From Raillietiella orientalis (lineage: Eukaryota): DNA of 64,000 bases. A program made the position numbers and the translations under genes. The notes under the pieces were generated by a model. The model searched no databases. It was not told the origin of the DNA and was given only the letters and a program-made list of their open reading frames with translations. Within the stretch, counting starts at the first letter, position 1, and each line of letters begins with the position of its first letter. This document shows, in pieces, positions 47,791 to 64,000 of the stretch. The stretch is from assembly GCA_036172245.1 (NCBI GenBank), contig JAYWIR010000014.1:3162001-3226000 (forward strand), written 5' to 3'.

Positions 47791-50700
47791 CCTTTTTTGC
47801 TTGTGGTTCTTCTGTAGCAACCCCACCATCGTTTCAAGGAGGATTCCTTGACAGGTTGGAAGCGATTCTTCCAGGTGGAATTCATACAGGACAGCTCTCA
47901 TCTGCAATGCAAGAGGAGGATACGGAGAAAAAGGGGAAAGCGGAAGGAGGAATGGAGAAGGAGGAGGCGCGCACCTCCTGCTGACCGCCCGGCCATCGAT
48001 CCCTGCAGGTCTTAGTCGCTGCCGGCTGCCGCCGTGGATACCAGTGGTCGTCGCTCTCCTGCCCTCTCCTTGACCCTCGCTTCGTCACCACAAAGTCTCC
48101 TTTCCGGTACTCGTCCGTCGGGCGTCCCTGCCGGATCGCGAACCCTCAGCGGCACTCCTCTGGCGAGAGGACGCAGCCTCCGCAGGGGGCGGCGAACAGA
48201 GACACACAAGAGAGGTCTCCCACCACCACCCCTTCCGTGGTGAGAGCGAGCAGTGGTTGCCAGGCGTCGAGGAGGCAGCAAAGGGAGGGAAGGCGCGTCC
48301 ATCCTTCCGGAAACCCTTTGGAAGGAAACTCTCGCCGCGCGTGCGCGTGCGCCCAGGCGCGCACGCACGCGGCGGTGGACACGGGCGCGGGGGAAGCTGC
48401 CGGGAGCGCCTTATTTCATGCTCCCGTTGTTCCGGGCGTCGGAAGTGCCTCCCTCCCTCTCTCTGGTCCCGCACCATCGCCTTTCGTGAAGAGAAAGCGG
48501 CGGTCGCAATGCGCCCTCGAAAATTACAGATGGCGGAGACGGCGATTGCCGGCAGCCGAGGGCGTCGGCGGGAGCCGAAAGATTCTCGCATGTGTGTACA
48601 TGCGCGCAAGGGGGGAGGGGAGCAGGGCGGGTGGGGAGGCAGGGAGGAGGGGGAGAGACCGTGACCGCAAGAGCAGCCGGTTCCCGGCATTCCGGACGGA
48701 GGCGAAGTCTCGCGCGGCGTCCCCTCCGCAGAAGGCGCAGCCACCAGCGACGGAAAGCGCTTCGGGCGGCGGTCCAGAAGGTACGGAGAGACTTCTTTTG
48801 GCCACATTCCCGCTCCCGGGATCCCTGGAGGAAGACGAGGGAGTTTGAAAGGGCGCAAACCGGAGAATGCATCTCCTCCCTTCCTTCTCTCTCGTTTGCC
48901 TGGCGGGAATGCAAGGCGGGAGGGGAGAATGAAGGAGCAGAGCAGCAGGGCACGCCCGGACCCTTCTTCGGCACAGTACTCTTCCGCCTCCCTTGCCCAT
49001 CATCCCTCGCGGATGCTTTCGCCATGGAAACACGGGCGCCAAGCTGAGGAGAGACGCCGTAGAACGTGGATGGCTCCGGAAGCTGCACGCACGGCAACTC
49101 GGCGGATCGGCTCTGCCGCTGCCGCCCCCGAACCACCCTTTCTTCAGACGTCATCCGGAGCTCCTGCGGGGAGCATCTTCCAGAAGAGTGGGGATGGCAG
49201 AGTTGCGGGAGGAGGGGCAGCCCGTGAGCGCGCGCAATTCAGTGCGGTCGCTCCCCACGATTCAGAACGGGGCGAGTCGCCCACCCTGGATCACACGCTC
49301 GTCCCACGCGACTCCACAAGGGAAAGGGGCACCTCCGTAAGCCGGAGGGGGGGACATTCGACTCCCGCATCTGGGAGTGGAAACGAACCAGCCGGAAGGA
49401 GAAAAGGGAGCGAGGAGTTTCCGGGAAAGGAGAGGGGGAGTCGAGCAAGGACACGTCTTCTTCATCTCCTCCCCCTCCTCCTCCCCCTTTCGCGAGACAC
49501 TGAGGCGCTCCGCCAGAAAATCCTGCTGAAGATCGGAATCCTTTGACGTTTGTTGCGTTCCAGTCGCCTCGCAACAGCATTCGCATCTCCCCGCTAGTAA
49601 GGGAAGTGGGATCTTTTTAAGGAGACATGATGGATGTTCCTCAGCTTCTCCGAGTCCTTTTCTCTTTCTCCCTCCTCCCTCCCTTCTCGCTCTTTCCTTT
49701 TTTTTTTTTTCCTGTTTTCCCTTGGCCTTCCTTCCTCCTCTTCGCTCTCCCTCCCTCTGCGTGCTGAAACGAGCCGATGCTCTCGAAAGAGATCGCGGAT
49801 CCCTCGTCTGGAACCGGCAGACCCTGGAGCGATTTCCCGAGGATCCCCGCACGCGAGGTGCCTGCCCCCTCATCCTCAGTCTTCTCTAAAAGATCGAAAC
49901 GGGAGGGAAGAAAAGGGGGAGAGAGGGAAGGGGAGGAGGAGGAGGAAGGCAAAAACAGCGGAGAGAGTGGGAGAGAGGATCCTTCTGATAAGATGGAAAT
50001 TTACGATCAGAACCTGCTGCTGCTGCTGCTGATCTGTTCTCTCTGTGGAATGCTGCTCGGGTCCTTGGAGGGAGACGAAGGAGAAGCAGAGAGAGAGAGA
50101 GAGAGAGAGGCAATGGCGCAGATGAGAGGGTGGGGAAGGGAAGGAGGCAGACATTCTGGGCGGTGGCTCTCTGTGCAGAATTCCCCCCGCGATCGAAGAC
50201 CTCCAGCCTCCGAACGGGCAAGGGCAGGAGCAAGGACCAGCCAGCGCTCTGTTTGTTTACGGGTTGCTGAAAGCAACCCGTAAACCGGAGAGGGTCGAAC
50301 TGTTTGCGCCCGCGGCCATTTCGAAAGCGCGCTGTGGAGAAAACGCGAGCGCGCGGTGCACCTCGGTAAACAACTTGGGGGAGGCTGCCTGCCCGCAACC
50401 CTCCCCCCCTCCTTCTCTCCCCGTCCTCACCCTCTTCCTCCTTTCTTTCCCTTGGCGTGCTTTCCGCCTCTCCCTCCATTCAAGAACGGGGAAAATCCTC
50501 GCGCGCGTACCGCCCCAGCGGCTTATCGCCGGTCGATCTCGCGAACCAGGGGGCCGGGAGCAGGCCCCGTCTCCCATGGTTACGGAGCGCGGAAACGTGG
50601 AAGCACGTCTCTGGGGAGAAAAGAGAGAGCGGAAGGGAGAGAGGGGGTTTGCGCCACCACGGGATCTTTTATCCACGAAACAATGGCGGCAGAAGGGCGC

Positions 50701-51079
50701 ATTATTGATTCCCACTTTTTTTTTCTTTTCCTTTTTTCTTTTCCTTTCTTTCCCGGAATCTGGGATGCCGCTTTCCAGGGCGCGGAACCGATTTCAAAGC
50801 GGCGGGCTCGCCTGCCACGTCTCCTCCTCCTCTCTCCCCCTCCTAGCGCGACTTCCCCCTCTTCTCGTCTGAAGGGCGTCGTCGTCACCGACAACAACGC
50901 CACCCACTCCTGGAAAACGAGATAAAACAGAATCGAGGACGCGTCCCTCGTTTTTGAGGGGGTTCCACTCCACTTTCCCTTTTCCCTTTTGGCAGGAAAC
51001 CACTCTGCCCAGAACCCGCTGCCTCCCCTTTTTTGTGGTCCTGGGCGAAAGCGGGGAGAGGAAGCATCCTCGCCCTCTT

Positions 51080-53480
51080 CTTCCCCCGTAGCGCCTTCCC
51101 ACTACGTGACAAACATTAGGGTCGTGGGCAAGGTGGAGATGGGGGAACAGGGAAGAGTCGAAGGGGCCAAGTCGGAATCTCCTAGGGGGAGGCGATAGGA
51201 CTACTGCGGCTGTGCTCCCCGGGTCCGCGTTCGGCAGGTCACCCCAAGCGGGGAGGGGGAGACTCTGTGCCTGTAGCTCTCGGCTCTCGTCGAAGCGGCC
51301 GTTCGTTGACGGGGCAACGGCCCCGTTGAGACACGAAAAGAAATTCGACAGTGACCCGGAAAAGGGGGAAGGAACCCCCGGGAGCCATCTCCATTCCTCA
51401 TTGCCGAGCACGGAGGTGAAAGGCCGGAAGACGAGAGGAGGAGGAGGGGGACCTCGAAAAGTGAGCATCGGGCGTTTCCACGGGAACAGGACCGGCGTAA
51501 GACGAGAGATGTTCGGGCAAGGGACGGGGCCTCGGAAGAGAAGGAGAGAGTGGAGGGAGAGGTGGCGGCAGCAAAGAAGCTGAAAGTGGGCTCTGAAGGC
51601 CCTGTGAAAGAGGAACCAGCCAGGATGGTGCGCGCTCTGGGAGAGCAGCACTGGCCATGGCGTGCGGCCAGCCGAAACAGGCGGAGGAGGAATAAGAGGG
51701 AGAGAAAAGAACGGCATCAGGAAGATGGTACGGGAAGGGATGATCCAGCCCCAGGGATTTGCAGCGGGAATCGCCACACTTTTGTTGTGGAGCCAGCCGA
51801 AGGAGGTGACGGAGTCACAGAGCGGGATGGAAGTTGGATGCTTCAGAAGAGCCCTTGGGAGCCGAAGGAAACGTCCTCCTTTCCGCTCTTGTCTCTTTCC
51901 GATATCCTCGAAGTGCGAACTAGGAAAGAATGTCATGAACAGCGTAGTGGTCGGGCCAAGGTCAGTAACCCGGGATCTGAGATCAGAGGATGTAAAGCTC
52001 ACGGACGCAGCCCCCGAAGGATGAGAGGAGCCCTGCAGAAATCCGGCTCTCCACCAGCTGCTGCTGCTGCGCTTGCACGGAGAAGGGAAGGGGAGAGGGG
52101 TGGAACGGCCAGGAGACCTCGCATGGGCAGAGGACGTGCACCAAAGAAAAGGTCTTTTGGCTCGAGAGGCGATCCCAGGGTGCGTCCCTTGGGCGGTCAT
52201 GGGAAGCAGCAGGAGTGGATGTGGGACATGTTCTCCACCCTAAAGTAGCTCTTCGGCAGCACTTCGATGCCGTTGAGGAAGGAGGGGAGGGGAGGGGCCT
52301 TTCAATCTACAGGCTTTTGGGAGGCGCTCCAGAGACGGCTCGCTCTTCCCCTTTCCTTGTCTCCCGACGTACAACCACGAGGGGCGGGAGTAAAGGGGCA
52401 AGAAGGCGACAAAGGAAGAGCAAAAGGGCTAAAATACGATGGCGCCTCCTCCCCTCTTCCCCTTTCCAGAGCTTTTGCGCTAATCTCCCGGAGCTCTTGC
52501 AAGGGGACCAGTCTCTTCCTTGGGGAGAGCACAGGGAAACGGCAGGACTCGGGAAAAGAAAGCGGAAGAGGAGATGGCCGGACGACGGCAGTCCCGAGAC
52601 GTTCCTGAGGCAAGATACGCGGGACCTGCTACCAGAGGAAACATGGGAGAGGAGGGAGAAAGTACATCTTCAGGGAAGAATACTTCCGATCCCTGGGAGC
52701 GTTCTACTTCTGCTCCTGTCGAGGGATGGCCAAGATACTCTCCTTCCTCCTGTTTGGCCACTGCGTTGCGAGGTCCAGGGGTTGTCAGGCTGCTGCTTCC
52801 TGATACTCCCCGATGTACTGCCGCGCTGAATGGGGATGCACCCATCCCTTCGTTCTGAAGAATCCCGGATGCTCTTCGGAGCTTCCTTGACTCCTCTGCA
52901 GTCCCCCTTGACGACGGCGAATGACGGATAAGATCCGTTTTCCTCTCCGGTGCGTCCCGGAAGGAAAGCCGGAAGAGATAGCGGCGGTGCCGGGGGAGGA
53001 AGAGGAGGCAATGGGGATGGCGGCGGAGGCAGCGGACGGCAGGCGCCGAAGAAGAGGGAGGGGAAGAGGATATCCTTCTTTCTGCCTTGTCATCTTCCAG
53101 TTCGGCGGTCCTGCCAAGCAGGAATCAGCAGCACGCAGGAGACCAGCGGGCACCGCCCGGTAAACGGCGAGGCTGCCAGCGAAGACCAAGACGAGAACCT
53201 CAGAAATCCCTGTTCTCCCCTTTCCTTTCTTTCCTTCGTTCCTCCCTTCTTCCTGGAAGCTGAAGATTCTCCTCAAAAGAACCCAGAAGTCACGACGCAC
53301 GAAGGAAGTTCGATCGCCCTGTCGCGCATCTCCATGGTGACGGGCGAGGGGGGAAGCGAGAGCCAATGGAACGCAGCTGTGGCTTGTTTTCCCTTCCCCC
53401 CTCCCAGGGTGAGTACGGGGCAGCGCGACCCCGGTGAAGCCCTTAGAGGTGGCCTTTCCTGCCGCCGCAAGGTGCCCCGG
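51080..53480 (+). mobile_element. Decayed Gypsy/Ty3 pol (RT, RNase H, integrase)
   Basis: EMGEQGRVE..SESPR (~ML..G.IE..SPW), EQDRRKT, VREGMIQP...WSQPKEVTESQS...GCFRR, LTDA..G.RGAL, KGLLA, RWRL, VWPL..EV..C, IFQFGGP..DQ, KTRT, QWN...PLEVAF. Domain order RT-RH-IN. No LTRs recognised. Confidence 0.7.
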
Positions 53481-56140
53481 GGCCGGGGATCTCAAGGGAG
53501 GACCCCAGGAGGGTTCCCCACCCCCCGATGTGCCCCCTCCTCGGCCTACCGCGGAGGGCACTCGCCCTCTCCTCGAGAGGCCCAGAGACGATCTAGAGCA
53601 GGAGGAAAGGAAGAAGGGAGGGGAGGAGTTGCTTTCCAGCGCACGGAGATGCCCGGAGCGAATCGCGGTGGTTCTCGCAGAGGGGCGGCCCCGAGGTGCT
53701 GCACAGGGTGGCCATGTGGTGGTCGAGACGCGAGTTGCCTTGGAGAGCTCGCCGGTCGCTCCCGTCTAAAGAAAACGAAGCAGCCCTCCCTCGGGAGAGT
53801 GTGTTCTTCTCTCTTGTTCCCTTTCCGGTGGAGCACAGATGCCACGGAAAGAGCCACAGGAGGGAGGAGGGAGGACCAGGCCCTGCGTGGGCGCTTGAGG
53901 AGGGCATGATCAACAGAGAGACTCGCCTGCTCTTCCCTTCCTGCTCCGTAAGGGCAGGGATGGAAGGAAAGGATCCCGTCCACGACTCCCGTTCCGGGTC
54001 GCGGTCCATCCGTCCCTGTGGAGGAAGAAGCGTCGCCGACCCCCTTGTCGACGAGCCGGGAGGGCCCACCTCCACACCTAGAGTCGCCACCGCTCCCAGA
54101 CGGCCCTTCTATAGGGAATACAGAAGCAGGAAGGAGGAGCGCCTCATTCTCCCCCTTCCTGCTTGACGGGCGAGCGGGAGCTCGCCAGAGGGCAGAGCTC
54201 GATCGCCCCTCCAAGCTGCCTCCGAGAGAACGGGCGTTCCCTACTTTTCGGGGTCATCCCGGCAACCCTACGCGTCCCGGAGGATGTACCTCTGCTGCCT
54301 TCCCCTGCAATCCCCCTCCCCCTTCCCAGTATCGCTGTGCGCGCTCTGGACGTGAGAAGGGAGCCCGCAGCACGAGTGGGCTCTGCGCACGCCGAGGGGC
54401 TTGCAGGCGCGCGGCACGCGCGACTCTGCGGACGCGCTGCGACTGCGGGAGCACCCGCCAGCGAGATCCCCGTTCCCCAGCGCACGTCGGGGAGGCCGCG
54501 CGCGCCGTCGGCGTGCGTCGCAGGACGGGGCTTCGCGAACCGTCGGAGTCGGCCTCCCTCGGGAACCAGTGAGGAGTCGGTTGAAATCTTCCATCCCTCT
54601 CCTCCCTCTGCGGCCCCTCCGGACTCCGACGCGGGTGCCCATGAAGGACCCCGTGAGACGCTCCCTCATTCTTCCGGGAGGAGTGAGGAAGGGGGAAGAG
54701 GGTCCCACTCCCCTACCGCTCAGTCCTACCGAGAGACCGCCAGAGTGGTCCCGCACGGCCCGACGCCCGGGAAACTCTGGTTCGTAGAGCGCTCGGGGGT
54801 AAGGGGAAGAGGGAGGGGGTACCAGCTGTAGCGCCAGGGGCTCTGCTGCGGGATCTTCGTCGACCCGGATTCTCCGACGCCGGCGTGGTCGAAAAGGGAA
54901 TACAATGATGGGAAGGGAAAAGAAGGGAGAGGTGGGGAGGGAAGGGAAGGGAAGGAGGGGAAGCTCTCCTCGTCCTTCCCTTTTCGGCCTCTCCATTCTC
55001 CTGAGCGCGAGGTCCCTGCGCGTGCGACCTGCGTCGCCCGCGCGGCTAATCGGGCGCAAAAGGTTTCCGGGAGGGGACGGTGGCATCTGCGAGCGCTGGA
55101 TGTCGCCGCTCCCCCCCGTTCCCGGTCCTCCTCTTCCAGTCCCCCGTAAAGGAGGAAACGTGCAAGGGAGAAAGAGGGGGAGGGGAGGGGGGGAGCGTGA
55201 GAACGGAATTCTCGGGCCGCGCGCGCGGATCTCCCGACGGGATCGACGACCCTCCTGGCTCTCGGAAAAAAGCAGAGGGACCCGCGACGGTCTCTACCCT
55301 ATTCTCCTCTTTTTTTACTCTCCTGTCCTTCCCGGAGGAAATCCGGAAGCGAGGACCGGTGGCGATGTCCGCTCCCGACGAGGAGACGGAGGGGAGGGGA
55401 ACGGAGGCGAGGCGGTGTCGCAGCTTCGTCGAGAGATCTCCCCTAGGCTCCCGCTGATCGGCCTGCCGGTTCTTAAAGGGACGACGGAGGGGGAAAGGGA
55501 CCTCTTTCGCCTCTGCTCTCCTTGGTCCCCCGCCTCCACCCCTTTCCATCAAGCTTGCGGACTGTGAGCGCAGGGGGAGCGGGAACGCGGGTTCCCCTCG
55601 TTCCCTCTCTCCTGCTCTCCAGGCGGCTTCGCCTCGCCCTTCGTGCCCCTCCCTCTGCCTCCCTTTCAGGGAATCCTCGTGTGCGTGTCGGACTCAAGGG
55701 GCACTCGTCCTGTGGGAGCAGAAGCGGGGAAGGCAGCAGTAGGCTTCGTTGGCACGGGAAACCGCGGTACGATCCCCCATCATCCCCTTCAATTTGAGAC
55801 CCCTGAATTTTCCTCTCCCCCTCTGCCTCCCTCTCTCCAGACCCCCACTCCACTCCATCCCACCCTTACAGCACGCGTCCTCTCCCCATCTCTCAGAGCC
55901 CTCCCTTCCCTGTCCTCACGGCATACCGCGATGCTCCTGGTGAAGGAAGGCGAAGGAGGGGCACCGCCCCGAGTGACCTGGAGAATAAGTCATGTCCCTT
56001 CTCCCAATCGGCCTTCTCTTTGCCTCCTTACCTTTCCCCCCGTTCCAGCCGAAGAAAACGACCCTCCTCCTCCCCTCACGGCAGGCGGATAGGAACCCTC
56101 ACGGCTGTATTGCCGCCGCAGCAGTTGCTGTTGCAGGGGG

Positions 56141-56197
56141 CAGCGGAAAACTACCCAGCGGAAAACTACCCAGCGGAAAACTACCCAGCGGAAAACT
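56141..56197. repeat. Perfect 15-bp tandem repeat CAGCGGAAAACTACC, 3.8 copies
   Basis: Directly visible; no spacers. Confidence 0.97.
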
Positions 56198-56559
56198 CCA
56201 AAAGGGGGGAGGGGAAGAGGGCGGGGTCCTCGGAGAGACCCTCGGAAGGCCATCCACTCCCCGAGCATCCCCTTTCCTACTTCCCCTCACCCTGCAGCTC
56301 TCCTCCGCGGGGATGCTCCCTCGGAGTCCAACCCTTAGCCAGAGGCGCTTCCTGGGCCTTCCTGGTGGGAGAGAACTCAGACTAGAAAGGGTGATGATCC
56401 CCCTCACCTGGAGAGGACCTTGCGACCCAGCATCGCCCCAAGCCACCCAAGAGGAAGCGCCGGACGGAGGAATCCCAACCGCCACCGATACGGACTGGAC
56501 GACAAGGCCTCGCCAGGTGTCCATGGCCACGGCAGTACGCAATGGGAGGGGAGAACCCC

Positions 56560-56830
56560 GAAGTGCCACTGGGTGCCGGCCTCATCTCCGGGATCTTCCC
56601 GAAGATGAAGGCAGTCGCCTTCGCGGTGACCGCAAAGATTAAAGAGACGTGCCTGGGCCACGTGGATGCGCCGTTCCTCTGCGGTCGCTGTGGAGACGCG
56701 GGGGAAGAGGAAGAGGAACTGACGCACCCTCCGGCCAGATGGAGGGGCACGGGTGTAAGAAAACGCATCCGCCGCGCGTTGCTCTGGGCAGTTCCCAGGA
56801 GGGAGTTCCTGAAACGCACCTGGTAACGCT
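56560..56830 (+). mobile_element. Possible LINE C-terminal zinc-knuckle (zf-RVT-like) relic
   Basis: FPKMKAVAF...ET...CGRCGD...ELTH (~PK.K.F.W...T...C..C...E...H). Confidence 0.4.
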
Positions 56831-57399
56831 GATTGGGACCCTTCTCGTTCAGTCAACGAGTGACCTCATTCAAGATGGCCGCTCCCTGGAAGGAGTGGGG
56901 GGAGGGGAGGAGGAGACGAGACAGCGCTCCAGTGCAAACGCCCGCGGTCGGTTCGCCAGCTGCGAGCTCGGAAGACGTTTTTCCGGTCGGGCAAAGAGCC
57001 AATGCTAGAGCTGAATCCCCCAAGCCAGAAGAGAGAAAGGAGGGAAATGGGGGGGGGGGGGATGCCGGCATACCGGAAAGCTCGTCGTGTCGCGGTCATA
57101 AGTGGAGGAGGTCCGGTCTGCCCGGGGAAGCGGCAGAGCAGCCTGCGAGCTGCTGCTGTTGCTGTTGGACCACTCCCATGTTGCAGGCCCGCGCGAACCC
57201 TCCTCTCGTGTCTCCTCCGCAACTGGCATCCATTCGCTTTCGCTCTCCCCTCCCACGCGGAGGGCAAAGTGCGAACCCGCTGTCCACGTGCGTCATGGTT
57301 CTCTTGAGCGCCCCTCACTCTTTCTCGGTGGCTCTCCCGGTCAATCCATCGGCACGGGGCACTCTGTGCGATGCTTCCGAACCGCTGCCGCTGCCACCG

Positions 57400-57900
57400 C
57401 CGCGGCGTTATTAGTGCTAGTAGGGCGGTTCCTGATGACTACTGATGGTCGGGAAGTCGGTCGCCGGATCGCCGTCTGCCGCCATTAACGCGGCCGAGTG
57501 ATCCGTGTTGCGAGGGGTCACTTCTGCTCCCGCGCGAGCGCCCGTCATGCATCATCAAGCGGCGATCGTCTGCGCCATCACCACGCGATTGAATTCCTGG
57601 TTACTAAGAAATTACTACTCGCAGCCGCTACTCTCGCTGCTATTAATAGATTCGTTTGCCGGATCGATGTTTTCTGGATCGTCCGCGTCTGTTGCCTGGA
57701 GCTCGCACTGCTGCTGCTACCACGCATTGTTACTCGCTGCCGCTCATTGTTGCCGGATTGCCCGGAGACTCACCTGTCCAACTACGCACCGGTCGCTTGT
57801 CGCTCTCGCCCAGTGGGGAATTTAGCGTTCTCCCTGACCCCTTCCTCATTTCGCTCGCGCCCCGGAGCAACCGCCATCCCGTGATTACCCAGAGTTTATC
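57400..57900. promoter_or_regulatory. Non-repetitive island downstream of groucho, candidate enhancer or non-coding exon
   Basis: CATTGTT twice (57725, 57745), ATTAAT, CCATTAA, and a minus-strand donor CAG|gtgagt near 57772. Confidence 0.3.
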
Positions 57901-58729
57901 CTCCGCGTCACTCTCATGGGAAGTTGCGGCCCCTCTCGTCCGCTTTCCTCCTGGGTAGCTCCGCGAGCCTCCCTTCCTCCTCCCCTTCCCCCGGAACCAG
58001 CAGCGGCACACCGTGCAAATCGTTTTTATCGCCCCGCTGGGGCGGTCCCTCTATGCGCGCCGAGGGGGAGACGCACTGCGCTAACCGGCGCGGCAAGCAC
58101 GGAACACCTGCGGCTGAGAGGCGCCGCGCGAGGACCCGGAGGCGCCGGACCAACCCTCCGATCCTCTCAGTCGTGGCAGGAGCAGGTCGGGTCGCGGACA
58201 GGCGACACGTCCCCAGTCCGTTGAAATGCTCCGACCCGGAGGCGGCGCCCGCTCTGCAAAGAGCTGAGAAAATCCTTCCGGGTCCTGCGGGAAGACGAGC
58301 CTTTGAGAGCGAGGGAAAGGTTGCTAGAAGCTCCGGGCAAACGGGACTTCGCTCCGTGCAGGAGAGAGACGACGATGACGGTCGGCAGGCAACAGCAGCC
58401 GCCTCGGAGACGCAGAAGGGGAGGAGGAAGGAATCCACCGGGCAGTCATCGACCACCGTGGGGCGGGAAAAGGACGGGACGACCTCCCGCCTGGAAACGG
58501 CGAGGCGAATACCCGCCGGCGGGCGTTAGGGTTCCCAGAAGGGGAGCACTGCCCCACGACCGGGGTGCGCGCCTGGTTTGCCCCGCGGGCAGGAAAAACG
58601 GCAGCGCCTGACGCAGCGCGCGCGCGGACACGGAGGGAGATGCAGGGAGGAGGCGCTCCGTCCTACCTACGTGCGTCTTCACAAGAAAGTCTGCTGCGGT
58701 TGGGTATGAGCAGGCAGCTGGGAAAACAA

Positions 58730-59400
58730 GGTGGGGGAAAACATAGGAAGACGTTCACGCGGGACTTCATGGGCACAGAGACTCATCCCCCTTTCGCTCA
58801 AAGGAACATCGACGAAACGAAAATGTCGCCATCAATCTCGCTACTTAAAAAGGCACTTCCAGGACGACTCTCCGTGCTCACTCCGGAGGATCGGAGAGAT
58901 CGGACAACGTCTACTAGAGAGAAGCAGCAACCTGAAATCTCAGCCCAGAAGCAAAAACATGAGAGGAACCGGAATGAAGATGATTTCCGCCCCAAGTTTC
59001 CCTGGAGATGATCATGCGTAACGGAGGCGGCACGCTCTCTGCGGAGTGCTAAGAACATCCTAGTACTCTGCCACCTCATGAGAGATTCCTTTAACCCCCT
59101 CTACTCCCTTCTTCCGCCGCTCCTTCTCATCCTTGGACTTCGACGGTCCCCATAGAACACCTCGCGAAGACTATTCGCAGTGTATTCGGTTCCGCACAGT
59201 TAGAAAGTTAAGGATTAAGGAGGGAGGAGCCAAGGATACCCTACAAGAAAGGATGCTTGAATCCAGCATAAGGGAGGCCAGAGGCACCCACACTCCGTCC
59301 TGTCACCTGTGCTCCTGAAGCGAGAGAGCAGGTGGAAAATGTCTTGATGGTCCTTCTTCCTCCCCTCAGATCCTGGGAAGAGAGCATCCTAGAAGGAACT
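58730..59400 (+). mobile_element. Decayed non-LTR RT fragment (R4/NeSL-like motif set)
   Basis: LIPL..KG, ISLL, LRRI, DY...SVPHS* (~DY.KAFDSVPHSW), SILEG (~GI.QG). Confidence 0.55.
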
Positions 59401-60012
59401 GCAGCGAAAGGCATGGAGCCACGTCGCTGAAAGCGGGACAGGCGACTGCGTCAAGTCACATCCTCTCTTTTTCCCCCTCTTCTCTCTGGGCGAGAAAGAC
59501 TCCTGCTGGAAGGGTAGCCCTCCGTACCAGAGCTCGGCAGAGCGGCTGACGGCTTTCCTGAGCTGGAAGGGGAAGAGAGAACGGGGGTCGCCGTCTCGCT
59601 GGTCACCAGGTCGTCGTCAACCCAAGCGCAGACACGGAGACAGCTTCCCTGCCGTCGCTACGAGGCGTCCCCACGGCGGCGCTCGCTGCTGCTGCTTTTT
59701 CGGCACCCGTTCCCGGGGCCAGAAGTGGAGGGCGTAGCTCCTTCTCCCACTCGATCCTCTCCTTCCTCTTACAGCGGCCTCGCTGGAGGAAGAAAAAGGG
59801 AGCAGAGCAAGGCAGTCGATGTGTCTGTGGGTCGGGGAGAAGAATAAAAGAGGGAGAGAAAAAACCAACACGAGATTGGCAATGCACAACAAGCAGCGTC
59901 CTTTGTATTCGAAGATGAAGAAAACGAGAGGCGGACCGAAAGGAGGGAGGGAGGGAGGGGGGGGGGGGGTCGGGCGAGGGAGGGCTGAGGAGGGAGCACA
60001 TGTTCACGTCTG

Positions 60013-63966
<3,954 letters not shown>

Positions 63967-64000
63967 CTACAAACAAGACAGGAAGGATCATTGGCCTCGG

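Noticed and set aside
50794..52200. 468-aa minus-strand ORF
   Set aside because: It is antisense to the Gypsy pol relic and has no protein-like features.
56141..56197. Direct repeats as a CRISPR array
   Set aside because: 15-bp units with no spacers, in a eukaryotic context.

Overview
This is GC-rich animal nuclear DNA, probably invertebrate, and not prokaryotic. The only clearly intact protein-coding gene is a Groucho/TLE corepressor on the minus strand (60013-63966, 5' end beyond the window), with short GT-AG introns and Q, GP, CcN, SP and WD40 regions. Its most striking feature is two tandem, diverged copies of the same 64-nt Q-domain exon (63247-63310 and 63903-63966), which look like mutually exclusive exons. 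The other ~60 kb has no convincing gene; the many listed ORFs are low-complexity artefacts. Reading across frameshifts shows a fossil bed of heavily eroded transposons (Penelope, Gypsy, BEL/Pao, LINEs, hAT, pogo/Tigger, a tRNA-like SINE head) and a cox1 NUMT at the left end. Between the relics are AT-richer islands with clustered Sox, homeodomain, Fox and POU motifs, which are candidate enhancers. Transposon calls are by-eye matches to remembered family motifs, so their boundaries are approximate and need HMM or translated-search confirmation.
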